A stretch of DNA of 64,000 bases from Nanobdellota archaeon (lineage in GTDB: Archaea > Nanobdellota > Nanobdellia > Pacearchaeales > GW2011-AR1). The translations under genes were made by a program, and so were the position numbers. The notes beneath the pieces are model-generated. The model was given only the letters and a program-made list of their open reading frames with translations, was not told where the DNA came from and ran no database searches. This document shows positions 46,801-55,708 of the stretch, piece by piece (the stretch's first letter is position 1; the number at the start of each line of letters is the position of its first letter). The DNA lies in NCBI GenBank assembly GCA_043810695.1, contig JBDRNV010000002.1, positions 5,015 to 69,014 on the forward strand, written 5' to 3'.

Positions 46801-49050
46801 TGTTGTTGACAGTTCTTCAGATTGCCACACATCTACAAATTTAGCTTGATCTGTATCATAATAAGTATCATGGTTAAAACTAACTGGTATAGAAGTTCCA
46901 TTTGGAAAGGTTAATTGTCCACTACCAGAAGTTGTTCCAGTTACATCTCTTGTTGTAACAGTTATTTCAATAAACTTAATTAAATTATCTTGTTTTTGCC
47001 AATCACCTGTATCTAAAAAAGGATCAATAATAGGAGGTGTTATATCTTTATATTTAATTACTTCACGAACAACTTTTTCTAAATCAAGAATAGTCCCATC
47101 TGCATTATATGTTAATTTAATTCTTGCATCATATTTTCTACCATCTTCTAAATTTCTAGATTTTTCACCAAGATAAGGATAACATTTTATTATGGGAGAT
47201 GATTTATAAGTTAAATCTTGTCCGTAAAAACAAGATTCCTCATTACCTGCTTTATCTATTATTAAAATATTACTAAAATTAGTTATATTAGAAGTTTTAT
47301 CAACTGTGCCTAAATATGCTTTTGTTTCTATATTAATGGGCTGTGGATTATTTTTATCATATTCCTCATATGGTGGTAAAGGTGTTAAAGTTAAATTTAA
47401 ATCAAGAACTCTTAAAGTAAAAGAAACTGTTTTTTCATATGTTGAATAGCAAACACTTGTTCCAAAAAAACAAGGAAGAATTTTTATATTAATTAAATTA
47501 TTTCCAGAGGATAGATTTTTAGAAGTAATTTCTAGAGTTTTTTTACCACCGTTATTACTAACAGTAATTTTATTATAATTATAATCTAGAAAACTCCTCC
47601 CCCCTGAGAAATTAAAATCAAAAGCCATCTCGCCATTATTAGTTATTGTTATACCTGGTAATCTTGCTTCTGAATCTGTTAACACATATTGGTCTGGATA
47701 AGGATTAGGACTAAAACTAAAATCAATTTGTGGAATTAAATTAACATTCAATACAACGCTTGCTCCAGGTATATCAACACCTGATTTTTTAGCTTTAAAT
47801 GTTATTGTACATTGCGGATTTGTAATACCTGATAAACTTCCTGTAAACTTTACAGTTAATGGAAATTGTTGAGTTCCTGATAATTCCCTATCTTCTAAAT
47901 TAAAAGTTTCTAAACCACTAATCTCAAAATTTAAATTTCTACATTTTTCTTCCACAATATATTCCAATTCAACATCTGTTAATTTATTAATCATTGTTGC
48001 TATTAAATTTGTACGTAAGATAACACTTTTTCCCACCCCTGATTTTAAATCTAAGGGGTTATTATCCAAGGTAAGTGAAAGTGTATATGTATTTTGATTA
48101 ACTTCTTTTTGTCCTAATCCCCCATCTTTACAATTTGAATTTACGTAACCAGCTCTACCTCCAGAAACATCAATTAAACTTTTTATTGTATCATTACTTT
48201 TACTAGATTCAATATAATTTATTATAACAAAACCACCACTACCTCCACCACTACAAACACCATCAAAACCAGAATCATATTGTCCATTACCTCCTTTAAC
48301 ACTAATAAAACCTGATATTGCTAATTTAGATGTAGCTATACTTATTTTACCACCACTACCACCACCTGCAACATGATAACCCTCTTTTCCTCCATTTCCT
48401 CCATTAGCTAGAATTGAACAACCTAAATCAATATTTACTTCTGACGCAGAAATTTCTATTTTTCCTCCACCATTTCCCCCACTTGGTTGATTTAAATAAA
48501 GTGAACAACTACTTAATCTTCTAGGTTCTCCACCTCCTCTACCATAAGAACAATAATTTTGAATACCTCCTTTACTTCCAGGAAAAATATCTACATCAGA
48601 TGTACAGTGCCAACAACCATTTCCTCCATCATTAACAAAACCAGAACCACCACAAGCCCGCGCAGTACTACAACAATTTTCAGCACCACAACCATCTATT
48701 CGTGCAACTCCTCCTTTGTAACCCTTACCACTAGCATCTATTTTAGAATTATAAGAAAGACTAAGTTTGTTAACATATATTTTAAAGTTTCCTTCTAAAT
48801 TACCACCTTGTAAATTAAGCTCTGCATTTGGCGCATCAATAATACATTCACCAGGTGTATCTCCAAGATATTCTGTAGAAACTGTTACACCTGATTTAAT
48901 ATTTATTATGGTTGTACCTGCTGGAATAAATAATTTACCAGAACAAGTGGTAGTTGAAACAGTATAAGTCTGCGCACTAACATTTTGCACAGAAGCAACT
49001 AAAAAAATTATAAAACTTATTAGAAATATAAAAATTATTTTATTTTTCAT
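43801..49050 (-). CDS. giant fusion protein: secreted Gly-rich beta-helix + Ig-like ectodomain, one TM helix, cytoplasmic HerA/FtsK-type P-loop ATPase
   Basis: Signal peptide ..VQNVSAQ; GGNGG/GGGSGG repeats; TM 'YYALFLILAGLTTSGIIYY' (~45271-45330); Walker A 'GSTGSGKT' (~45076-45099); Walker B 'LLVYDEVHRL'; 'REFRKWGIGMVLISQ' HerA-like. Confidence 0.7.
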   Translation of the reverse strand: MKNKIIFIFLISFIIFLVASVQNVSAQTYTVSTTTCSGKLFIPAGTTIINIKSGVTVSTEYLGDTPGECIIDAPNAELNLQGGNLEGNFKIYVNKLSLSYNSKIDASGKGYKGGVARIDGCGAENCCSTARACGGSGFVNDGGNGCWHCTSDVDIFPGSKGGIQNYCSYGRGGGEPRRLSSCSLYLNQPSGGNGGGKIEISASEVNIDLGCSILANGGNGGKEGYHVAGGGSGGKISIATSKLAISGFISVKGGNGQYDSGFDGVCSGGGSGGFVIINYIESSKSNDTIKSLIDVSGGRAGYVNSNCKDGGLGQKEVNQNTYTLSLTLDNNPLDLKSGVGKSVILRTNLIATMINKLTDVELEYIVEEKCRNLNFEISGLETFNLEDRELSGTQQFPLTVKFTGSLSGITNPQCTITFKAKKSGVDIPGASVVLNVNLIPQIDFSFSPNPYPDQYVLTDSEARLPGITITNNGEMAFDFNFSGGRSFLDYNYNKITVSNNGGKKTLEITSKNLSSGNNLINIKILPCFFGTSVCYSTYEKTVSFTLRVLDLNLTLTPLPPYEEYDKNNPQPINIETKAYLGTVDKTSNITNFSNILIIDKAGNEESCFYGQDLTYKSSPIIKCYPYLGEKSRNLEDGRKYDARIKLTYNADGTILDLEKVVREVIKYKDITPPIIDPFLDTGDWQKQDNLIKFIEITVTTRDVTGTTSGSGQLTFPNGTSIPVSFNHDTYYDTDQAKFVDVWQSEELSTTLVDKDKKHKLVFSAVDENSNSAERTFEFTFADKIKFSGSIKDVDYLEKGKIASFDINSLIQGKSFSFASTPPNGDYSKDIDSGEYNVIIKNTENPELSGDSVAYHDVLFDQDITGFITAFGESPAISQELPVDIEPIKVKTLAVISNNNQLYPKTISFNYRNLVENLKVDINNLMILHCPSWDFENKICVDSDWIGYDQESGMILNETIYTASVDFDKDEKIGAFALTEVCPGCFGLDNETGEGLTEKGIYETDEFRIETTLMTATLHPGENREYTLKFINKITENIKFKISDDGGVAEFIDFEKKEINLAGFGTEIVKIFVKIPSNVEIKTYVGNMVIDAVNEAINLNKKVKFPVTLNIEELTEEDQLLNANVQFLTITQDGGILLTTQLINLGKMTKIEALIDYTVRNYKGEVVAQDSDFAEFYSTSSTQKTIQPLSLLTKGKYLIEAVVIYDGDKLTDAIDTFEIKKNIFQVALDFLKTRKFLGIKLTYYALFLILAGLTTSGIIYYRKLMEKKRKEALKYKVDIDYNLLPKPGLRSAIIGKIAESDKKAYVNLESLKLHTIVSGSTGSGKTICAQAICEGALMRGTHVIVFDPSAQWTGFLKKCQEPKMLNQYAEFGLTNNAARSFSGKIEMIEDPREKINVRDLLREKNKEGKEGSITIYCLNKLEPDAMDLFIANTVREIFALQPTESDKLKVLLVYDEVHRLLEKFGGKGKGFVQIERGIREFRKWGIGMVLISQVSSDFIGEIKANISTEIQMRTRYENDLNRIKDNFGEKISGALVRAPVGTGMFVNAEYNKGRPYFMVVRPILHATKRLSDEELKRYNYYSNKVEDIRYQLDVLRQYNIDLRGSILNYEDLEYNYKKACDILISGDFVKLEAVLNNIDSALQPIIAKYPNISMTRPKLIKEEVIEKSINEANVERAKYVEVEKPYNEILKNYKEVKKKLGENKIVLELRSELIRIEQLIKNLRFNWDDKKAGLIKQRINLLNQVMKKYL

Positions 49051-49185
49051 GAATCATCCTCTTTTTAAATAAGATTATAACTAAAATATACTCGATTAAT
49101 TTAAATAGTTTTGGTTTTTATATACAATTAGATTAACAAAACTTAAAAACTTAAATATACATCTTGCTATAAAGGTTAAATAAAG

Positions 49186-51723
49186 ATGCCAAATAAAAAA
49201 AAGAGTGGAAAAATAAGAGTTTTAAATAATATAACAAAAAAAAATCAAGATACTAAAACAAAATCAAAAATTCCTCTAATTTTATTATTGTTATTTTTTG
49301 GTGCTATTATAATCTTATTATTTTATATTCAGTATAAACCAAAAATGACAGGATTTGCTGTATGTGTTGTAGATGGTTTTTGTAATAGCCCAATTGAAGA
49401 TTATTTTAACTGTCCAACAGATTGTTTACCTGCATGTCCTAATGCAGTATGTGAAGTTCCAGCAGAATACAGTTGTGGTGGTGCAGCCTGTGTTGCAGAT
49501 TGCGGTGCTTGTGGTACAATAGCACTCTCTATTACTTATCCAAGTAATAATCAGTATGTTCCTTCTTCTTCAATAACCGTTACAGGAACTTCAAATAATA
49601 CAAATGAGGTAAGAATTAAACTTAATTTAGACCCTGATAGTCGAGTTTGTTTTGGAGCTGTTGGAACTTGTAACTCTTGGAATAAAATTTTATTTTTGAA
49701 TCTTGGAAGTAATACCATAGAAGTTTCCGCTAGTAACGGAGGTGAACTAATACCTTATCTTTCAAGAACAGTATATTATGATCCAACACCCCCAACAATT
49801 ACTATAAATTCACCTTCAAATGCATCTAATGTAAGTTCTAGTCCAATAAATATTAATGGTGTAGCTAGTGATAATGTTAATCTAAATAAAGTTGAATTAA
49901 GAGTTAATGGTAAAACATGGGAATTAGCTTCTGGAACAACTTATTGGAATAGAGGAATGTATTTAGATAGTGGAATTAATTATATAGAAGCAAGAGCAAC
50001 AGATGGTGCTGGAAATACTCAAATCGCAGCTATAACTCTTTACTATAATGTTCCACCAATTCCAACAAATCTTATTGCAAACACAATATCAACAACACAA
50101 ATAAATTTAAGTTGGACAGATGTAGATTCTGAATTAGATTATTATATTGAAAGATCTTCAGATGGAATTAATTTTGCTCTAATTGATGTTGTTAATGCAA
50201 ATATTATCTCTTATTCAAGTACAGGCTTAACAGTTAATACACAATACTGGTATAGAATAAAAGCTCATAATAATGCAGGAAATTCTTCTTATTCAGGTAT
50301 CGCTACAGCCACAACTTTTGCAGTACCTCCTCCTTCTGTAACTCTAATTACTCCCTTAGATAATAAAATATCTCAATCTCCAGTAAGTTTTTCTTGTAGT
50401 TCTAGCAACACCGACTTAGTTAGTATGTCTTTGTATGGACAATGGAACACAGGATGGCATTTAGAAGAAACTCAAAGTTGTACTCTTGGACAAGCTTGTT
50501 CAATTAATTTTATTAATAAACCAATTTCCGACGGAACTTATAATTGGAACTGTCAAGCATGTACATTAGAAGTTTGTGGATTTGCTATTTTTAATAGAAC
50601 AATTATAATAGACACAACAAATCCAGTTGTATCTTTTATTGATCCAACACCTTTAAATGATGAATTTGTAACTAGAACCTGGATTAATATGTATGTTTCT
50701 GTTACAGAATTAAATGAAGCAAATATAACTTTTAATTTATATGATTCAAATTCAATACGAATAAATTCAACTACTTTTTTTACTTCTTTTGATAGAAGTA
50801 TAGCTTTTATTAATTTAAGTTATGGAAATTATAGTTATGATGTGGTTGTAATTGATAGAGCAAATAATATTGGTAGTACAGAAAGAAGAATTATACGTCT
50901 GCAAGAACCAGTTCCAGTTCCAGGTGCTCCTAACATAACTTTTGTTTATCCAACACCTGATAATTTTAAATCACAATCTGAAACAAGTGCTATTATTAAT
51001 GTAACTGTAAATGATACTGTTAGTGAAATAAAAAATTGTACATTAAGATGGAATAATGCTAATTTTTCGATGACTAAAGTTGGTTCTGGTTTAAATGTGA
51101 GTTGTTATCTTCAAAAAACTTCTTTATTGCCTGGAAGTTATATTTACTCTGTTTATTCTACAAATTCGCAAAATATCACAGGAATGAGCGAAGAAAGACT
51201 TTTGCATGTTGTAGGTGAGGATATAACCACAGGAGAACCTGTATTTGAATTGCTTACTACAGTTATTTCTGGAAGTAATTTTGTTAACGAGAGTATTTTA
51301 TCTTTAATTGAAATTAGTACAGGAACTTCAGAACCAATTACTGTTGGATTAAGTTATATTATAATGGACGAAAATGAAATGCCATTTTATAAAGAAAATG
51401 ACAATATTAAAATAACAGGTGGCTTAATAATAAATAAATGGTTTACAGCTCCAGCTGAAAATGGAAATTATAGGCTAAGAGTTATTTTAGATTATAAAAA
51501 TCTAGAAAAAGAATCAGAAGATAGATTTAGTGTTGGTTCTAGAATTATACCAAAAATAGAACCTAGCATTTGGAATGTTATAATATCAGTAATTATTATT
51601 ATTGCAATTGTTTTTGGATTAAGATTATTAGGTCCAATCGGTGCATTGCATGAGAAAAAGAAAAAATCAAATTCATCTGAGAATAATAAATCAGATACTT
51701 CTTCAGAGAAAAAATCTTCCTAA
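49186..51723 (+). CDS. bitopic cell-surface protein with Cys-rich, Ig-like and fibronectin-III domains
   Basis: N-terminal TM, 'CNSPIEDYFNCPTDCLPACPNAVC', FN3 'INLSWTDVDSELDYYIERSSDG..YWYRIKAHN', C-terminal TM. Confidence 0.65.
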   Translation: MPNKKKSGKIRVLNNITKKNQDTKTKSKIPLILLLLFFGAIIILLFYIQYKPKMTGFAVCVVDGFCNSPIEDYFNCPTDCLPACPNAVCEVPAEYSCGGAACVADCGACGTIALSITYPSNNQYVPSSSITVTGTSNNTNEVRIKLNLDPDSRVCFGAVGTCNSWNKILFLNLGSNTIEVSASNGGELIPYLSRTVYYDPTPPTITINSPSNASNVSSSPININGVASDNVNLNKVELRVNGKTWELASGTTYWNRGMYLDSGINYIEARATDGAGNTQIAAITLYYNVPPIPTNLIANTISTTQINLSWTDVDSELDYYIERSSDGINFALIDVVNANIISYSSTGLTVNTQYWYRIKAHNNAGNSSYSGIATATTFAVPPPSVTLITPLDNKISQSPVSFSCSSSNTDLVSMSLYGQWNTGWHLEETQSCTLGQACSINFINKPISDGTYNWNCQACTLEVCGFAIFNRTIIIDTTNPVVSFIDPTPLNDEFVTRTWINMYVSVTELNEANITFNLYDSNSIRINSTTFFTSFDRSIAFINLSYGNYSYDVVVIDRANNIGSTERRIIRLQEPVPVPGAPNITFVYPTPDNFKSQSETSAIINVTVNDTVSEIKNCTLRWNNANFSMTKVGSGLNVSCYLQKTSLLPGSYIYSVYSTNSQNITGMSEERLLHVVGEDITTGEPVFELLTTVISGSNFVNESILSLIEISTGTSEPITVGLSYIIMDENEMPFYKENDNIKITGGLIINKWFTAPAENGNYRLRVILDYKNLEKESEDRFSVGSRIIPKIEPSIWNVIISVIIIIAIVFGLRLLGPIGALHEKKKKSNSSENNKSDTSSEKKSS

Positions 51724-51728
51724 TAGAA

Positions 51729-51760
51729 CTATTGGTTTTCACTGATGTCTTCCGATGTCT
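51729..51760. repeat. copy B3 of the aEF-2 3' end
   Basis: ctattggttttcactgatgtcttccgatgtct; closer to B1 than to the genuine end. Confidence 0.65.
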
Positions 51761-51852
51761 TTTTTCTGAAAAACCATTGTAGGGTTTTATTGATTTTTCT
51801 GGAAGTACTTTTTTTAGTATATTTTTTAAATAACAATTTATTATAGAATTAT

Positions 51853-52062
51853 ATGAAATTGAAAAATATTAAATCAAAAGAGGTTATTAAGATTTTAGAA
51901 AAGAATGGTTTTGAAATTAAAAGACAAACAGGAACACATGTTATTTTAAAGAATAATGGAAAAATGGTTGTTGTTCCAATTCATCATAAAACTATTCCAA
52001 CAGGAACTTTAAAAAGTATAGAAAAACAATCAGAAATTAATTTTAGAGAAATAATCGGGTAA
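51853..52062 (+). CDS. hicA: HicA-family toxin
   Basis: 'KSKEVIKILEKNGFEIKRQTGTHVIL' YcfA/HicA pattern. Confidence 0.75.
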   Translation: MKLKNIKSKEVIKILEKNGFEIKRQTGTHVILKNNGKMVVVPIHHKTIPTGTLKSIEKQSEINFREIIG

Positions 52063-52276
52063 TCATTAAGGGTTCTTCCTTTTTCAAAAGTTCTTTTTTT
52101 TCAGGGGCTTCTTCCAACAAAAGCCTAATAGCATTTTTGAGATTATCAAAAGCCTTATCAATAGTCTCTCCAAAATCACCCACTCCCAATTCAACAGCTT
52201 CAACTACAAAAATTTTAGTTCCATCACTTAATTCTTCTTCATGTATAGAAACATTGCAGGATAATTTTTCTTCCAT
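52043..52276 (-). CDS. hicB: HicB-like antitoxin
   Basis: 'FVVEAVELGVGDFGETIDKAFDNLKNAIRLLLEE' UPF0150/HicB-like; convergent with hicA and overlapping it. Confidence 0.55.
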   Translation of the reverse strand: MEEKLSCNVSIHEEELSDGTKIFVVEAVELGVGDFGETIDKAFDNLKNAIRLLLEEAPEKKELLKKEEPLMITRLFL

Positions 52277-52306
52277 ATTTAAAATAAAATTCCAGAATAT
52301 TTAAGG

Positions 52307-52338
52307 TTATTGGTTTTCGGCCAAACCCTTCCTCTGCT
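52307..52338. repeat. copy B2 of the aEF-2 3' end
   Basis: ttattggttttcggccaaacccttcctctgct; 23/32 vs 53380-53411. Confidence 0.65.
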
Positions 52339-52366
52339 TTGACTTTTAGGCGAAGTAACTAAAGGC
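52339..52366. repeat. degenerate copy of the near-palindromic element
   Basis: minus strand GCCTTTAGTTACTTCGCCTAAAAGTCAA vs rps7-locus GGCTTTCATTACTTCGCCCAAGCTTGGTCAA. Confidence 0.6.
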
Positions 52367-52402
52367 TTATTGGTTTTCACTGAGGCCTTTACGTTGCCTC
52401 AT
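52367..52402. repeat. copy B1 of the aEF-2 3' end
   Basis: ttattggttttcactgaggcctttacgttgcctcat; 27/36 vs 53380-53415. Confidence 0.75.
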
Positions 52403-52413
52403 TCTAAAATCAA

Positions 52414-52713
52414 CTAAGAAAGTAGCTCATCTAATTTTTTTCTAATCATCTCTTCTATTTTTTCACCAAACATTTTTGCTACAAAAGGTAATTTTCCTTC
52501 TAAACTAATTTGCTTATCTTTTAAATGAATTTGTCCACTAGTTTTAAATCCCATAACTTTCATACTAAAATTCATTTGAGTACAGTCAAGATTCCAATTT
52601 AATTGAGAGTCACTTATTTTATCAGAATATTCTTCTTGTAACTCTGGCAGAAGTTTATTTATTCGTTCATATGTTTCTTGAATTGTTAAATTATGAAGAT
52701 AATCTATTCTCAT
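52414..52713 (-). CDS. hypothetical protein (faint resemblance to PHA-granule-region proteins)
   Basis: 99-aa ORF; 'GKLPFVAKMFGEKIEEMIRKKLDELL' tail. Confidence 0.3.
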   Translation of the reverse strand: MRIDYLHNLTIQETYERINKLLPELQEEYSDKISDSQLNWNLDCTQMNFSMKVMGFKTSGQIHLKDKQISLEGKLPFVAKMFGEKIEEMIRKKLDELLS

Positions 52714-52796
52714 ATTTTTATATAAAAACTTTTGTTTATAAGATTTATGAATTATTTTTCTTTAACAAAATTTTGCTGATTTTCTGATTGATGAAA

Positions 52797-53378
52797 TTAT
52801 TTATTTTTAATTATTTTAATAAATCTACAAGCGTCATAAATATTTTCTGCTATAAACTTTGCCCTGGTTTTTTCAATTTCTTTCTCATTTCTTTTTACAA
52901 GTATTCCTGTCATTTTAAGTTTTTCTGCAAGTAGTAAATCAGATTCTCTATCACCTATAACATAAGAGTTCACAAAATCTATATCATATTCTCCCTTCAA
53001 AGAATCTATCAAGCCTGTTTTTGGCTTTCTGCATGTGCAAATTTCTTCTGAAGTATGTGGACAAAAAAGCCATTTTTCAATTGTAATACCATGTTTACCA
53101 AATTTATCTGTTAAGATATTCTCAATCTTATTGTATAATTCTATTGTTAATGTACCCCTATTAATTGCATCTTGATTGGTGATAATGAAAATAGTATAAC
53201 CCATATTAATCATTTTCTTAAGGCCTTTAATCGCATTTGGTAAAATATGTAATTTAGAAATTGAATCTACATCAGCATCTGAAGTATTTTTCCTTCTTAA
53301 ACTGCCGGGTTCTTCTACAATTGTTCCATCCCTGTCTAAAAATATCGCTTTTATGGAAAATTTTTTATTATTTATCAT
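52797..53378 (-). CDS. HAD-IIIA phosphatase (GmhB/histidinol-phosphatase-like)
   Basis: 'IFLDRDGTIV', 'CPH...CTCRKPKTG' Zn loop, 'VIGDRESD'. Confidence 0.7.
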   Translation of the reverse strand: MINNKKFSIKAIFLDRDGTIVEEPGSLRRKNTSDADVDSISKLHILPNAIKGLKKMINMGYTIFIITNQDAINRGTLTIELYNKIENILTDKFGKHGITIEKWLFCPHTSEEICTCRKPKTGLIDSLKGEYDIDFVNSYVIGDRESDLLLAEKLKMTGILVKRNEKEIEKTRAKFIAENIYDACRFIKIIKNK

Positions 53379-53379
53379 T

Positions 53380-55569
53380 TTACTGATTCTCGCTCAAACC
53401 CTTACGTTGCCTTATCTTTCTTACAATGTCTGGCTGAAGGCTTGCAGGAACTTTTTCAAACAGCTGGTCTAACAAAGACGATGTTCCTCTTCCTTCTGTC
53501 GCGCTTCTTAAATCACTGCTCCACCCAATCATTTCTGCGACAGGAAGTTTTGCTTTCATGTCTGCTTGTGTACCTTCTTGTCTTACTTCAAGCATCTGTC
53601 CTCTTTTTCCTCCAACTAATTTTGTAACAGCACTTAAGAATTTATCAGGCATTTCTATAAGATAAATCTGTATTGGTTCAAAAAGATAGGCATTTGCTTT
53701 TTTCATTGCTTCTACAATTGCTTCTCTTACAGCAGGATAAACCTGTGCAGGCCCTCTGTGAATTGCATCTTCGTGAAGTCTTGTATCTACAAGTGAAACC
53801 CTAAGTTTTATACAGGGTTCTCTTGCTAAAGGTCCCTGGTTAATAACCATTTCAAATGCATCAAGAACCATTTCAATTACTTCTCCTATATGAACCTCTC
53901 CTCTTGTTTCATCAAGAAAAATATTTCCTTTGTAAATATCTCTTACATTTCGTATTGTATCACCAGACCATCCTAATTTTGAAAGAACATTTGCAATTTC
54001 CTCATTTTTTTTCTTAATTCTTCCTTCTCTTAATTCTCCGCTTTTTATTGCCTTGTATACTTCATCTTCAAGAGGCTCAACTTTCATATAAAAGCTGTTA
54101 TGTTTATTAGGGCTTCTTCCTTCTATTTCAGGAGATTCTCGACCTATTGTTTCTCTGTAAACTATGATTGGAGAAGAGGTTTTAACATCAAGTCCTTTTT
54201 CTGTTTTAATTCTGTTTTCTATAATCTCAAGATGAAGTTCTCCCATTCCAGACATAAGGCTCTCTCCTGTTTGCTCGTTTATTTCTATTTTTATGGAAGG
54301 GTCTTCTTTTGCAACTTTTTTTAGAATCTCAACAAGCTTTGGAAGGTCAGATGTTTTTGTAACTTCAATTGCTTTTGTTATAACTGGTTCAAAAATATGT
54401 TTGAGTTCTTCAAAAGAAGTTTCTGGTTCAATTGTTACTGTTTCTCCTGCTTCACCAGTAACACCTGCTATTGCCAAAACATTTCCACATCCTATTTCTT
54501 CAAGCTGTTCAGGCTTTATTCCATTATAAATAAATACCTGCTGTATTTTCTGTCTTTTTTTTGCAAGATTTAGATAGACTTCCATCCCTTGTTTTAATGT
54601 TCCTGAGAATAATCTTCCAGCTGAAATCTCTTTTCCAGACTTTGGGTCTATTACAATTCTTGTTATAACAAATGCTGGTTTTCCTTTTGGATCGCAGTTT
54701 ATAAGGGATTTTCCAAAATCACTATTTAAATCTCCTCTCCATATTTTTGGAATTCGATATTTTTGTGCTTCCAGAGGGCTTGGAAGGTGCTTAACAACCA
54801 TATCCAGAAGAACTTCATAAAGAGGAGCATTTTTCCAGCACCATTCTTTTCTTTCAGCATCTGACATTTCATAAAGATTGAAAATATCTTTAAAAGTTAT
54901 TTTTTTCTTTTGCATAAAAGGAACAGAAAGCGCCCAGTTTTCTCTTGCAGAACCAAAAGCAACGCTTCCGTCTTTTATATCAACTTCCCACTTTTTCTTG
55001 AATTCAGATTCTGCAATATTATTAATTAATTTATTGAAGTCTTCATATATTTTTATGAATCTTTGCTGCATCTGCTCTGGCGTTAGTTTAAGCTCTTTAA
55101 TTAGCCTGTCTACTTTATTGATGAACAAAACAGGTTGTACCCTTTCTCTTAATGCTTGTTTTATAACAGTCTCTGTCTGAGGCATTATTCCTTCAACAGC
55201 ACATACAAGAACAATTGTTCCATCAATAGCCCTCATCGCTCTTGTAACATTTCCAGAGAAATCCACATGTCCTGGTGTATCAATAAGATTAATCAAATAC
55301 TCATCTCCATGAAATTCATGAACCATTGAAACGTTTGCAGCATCAACTGTCAATAATCTCTCCTGTTCGTCTGCATGCTGCCAGGTTGCCATACCTGCTT
55401 CCAAATCTCCTGCAGATTTTACAGCCATAAATCCAGAAGCAGCGAGAAGATTATCTGTCATTGCCGTCTTGCCATGATGAATATGTGCAGAAGTTGCAAT
55501 ATTACGAATATATTTTTGTTCTCTGCTAAGTCTCTGAATTTTCTTGAACTGTGTTTCTTTCTCTACCAT
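53380..55569 (-). CDS. fusA: translation elongation factor aEF-2
   Basis: 'SAHIHHGKTA', 'DTPGHVDF', diphthamide loop 'HEDAIHRGPAQV'. Confidence 0.9.
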   Translation of the reverse strand: MVEKETQFKKIQRLSREQKYIRNIATSAHIHHGKTAMTDNLLAASGFMAVKSAGDLEAGMATWQHADEQERLLTVDAANVSMVHEFHGDEYLINLIDTPGHVDFSGNVTRAMRAIDGTIVLVCAVEGIMPQTETVIKQALRERVQPVLFINKVDRLIKELKLTPEQMQQRFIKIYEDFNKLINNIAESEFKKKWEVDIKDGSVAFGSARENWALSVPFMQKKKITFKDIFNLYEMSDAERKEWCWKNAPLYEVLLDMVVKHLPSPLEAQKYRIPKIWRGDLNSDFGKSLINCDPKGKPAFVITRIVIDPKSGKEISAGRLFSGTLKQGMEVYLNLAKKRQKIQQVFIYNGIKPEQLEEIGCGNVLAIAGVTGEAGETVTIEPETSFEELKHIFEPVITKAIEVTKTSDLPKLVEILKKVAKEDPSIKIEINEQTGESLMSGMGELHLEIIENRIKTEKGLDVKTSSPIIVYRETIGRESPEIEGRSPNKHNSFYMKVEPLEDEVYKAIKSGELREGRIKKKNEEIANVLSKLGWSGDTIRNVRDIYKGNIFLDETRGEVHIGEVIEMVLDAFEMVINQGPLAREPCIKLRVSLVDTRLHEDAIHRGPAQVYPAVREAIVEAMKKANAYLFEPIQIYLIEMPDKFLSAVTKLVGGKRGQMLEVRQEGTQADMKAKLPVAEMIGWSSDLRSATEGRGTSSLLDQLFEKVPASLQPDIVRKIRQRKGLSENQ

Positions 55570-55637
55570 TTTTTTCTCCAGAGGAGAGAGTGGACGGACT
55601 TTGTTCGTACTCTTTCAGCCATATTATATTGAATCAA

Positions 55638-55661
55638 AAAATTGTTTTTAAATGTTTTTGG
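55638..55661 (-). promoter_or_regulatory. conserved BRE/TATA promoter motif upstream of aEF-2
   Basis: minus strand CCAAAAACATTTAAAAACAATTT-type motif. Confidence 0.55.
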
Positions 55662-55708
55662 TGTTGAATAATACAAGAATTTAAAAAGAAAATAAAGAAA
55701 ATACATCA

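Noticed and set aside
51770-51800. A possible inverted fifth copy of the aEF-2 end (agggttttattgatttttc)
   Set aside because: The match is short and gapped, and its orientation is opposite to all other copies. It is not convincing without statistics.
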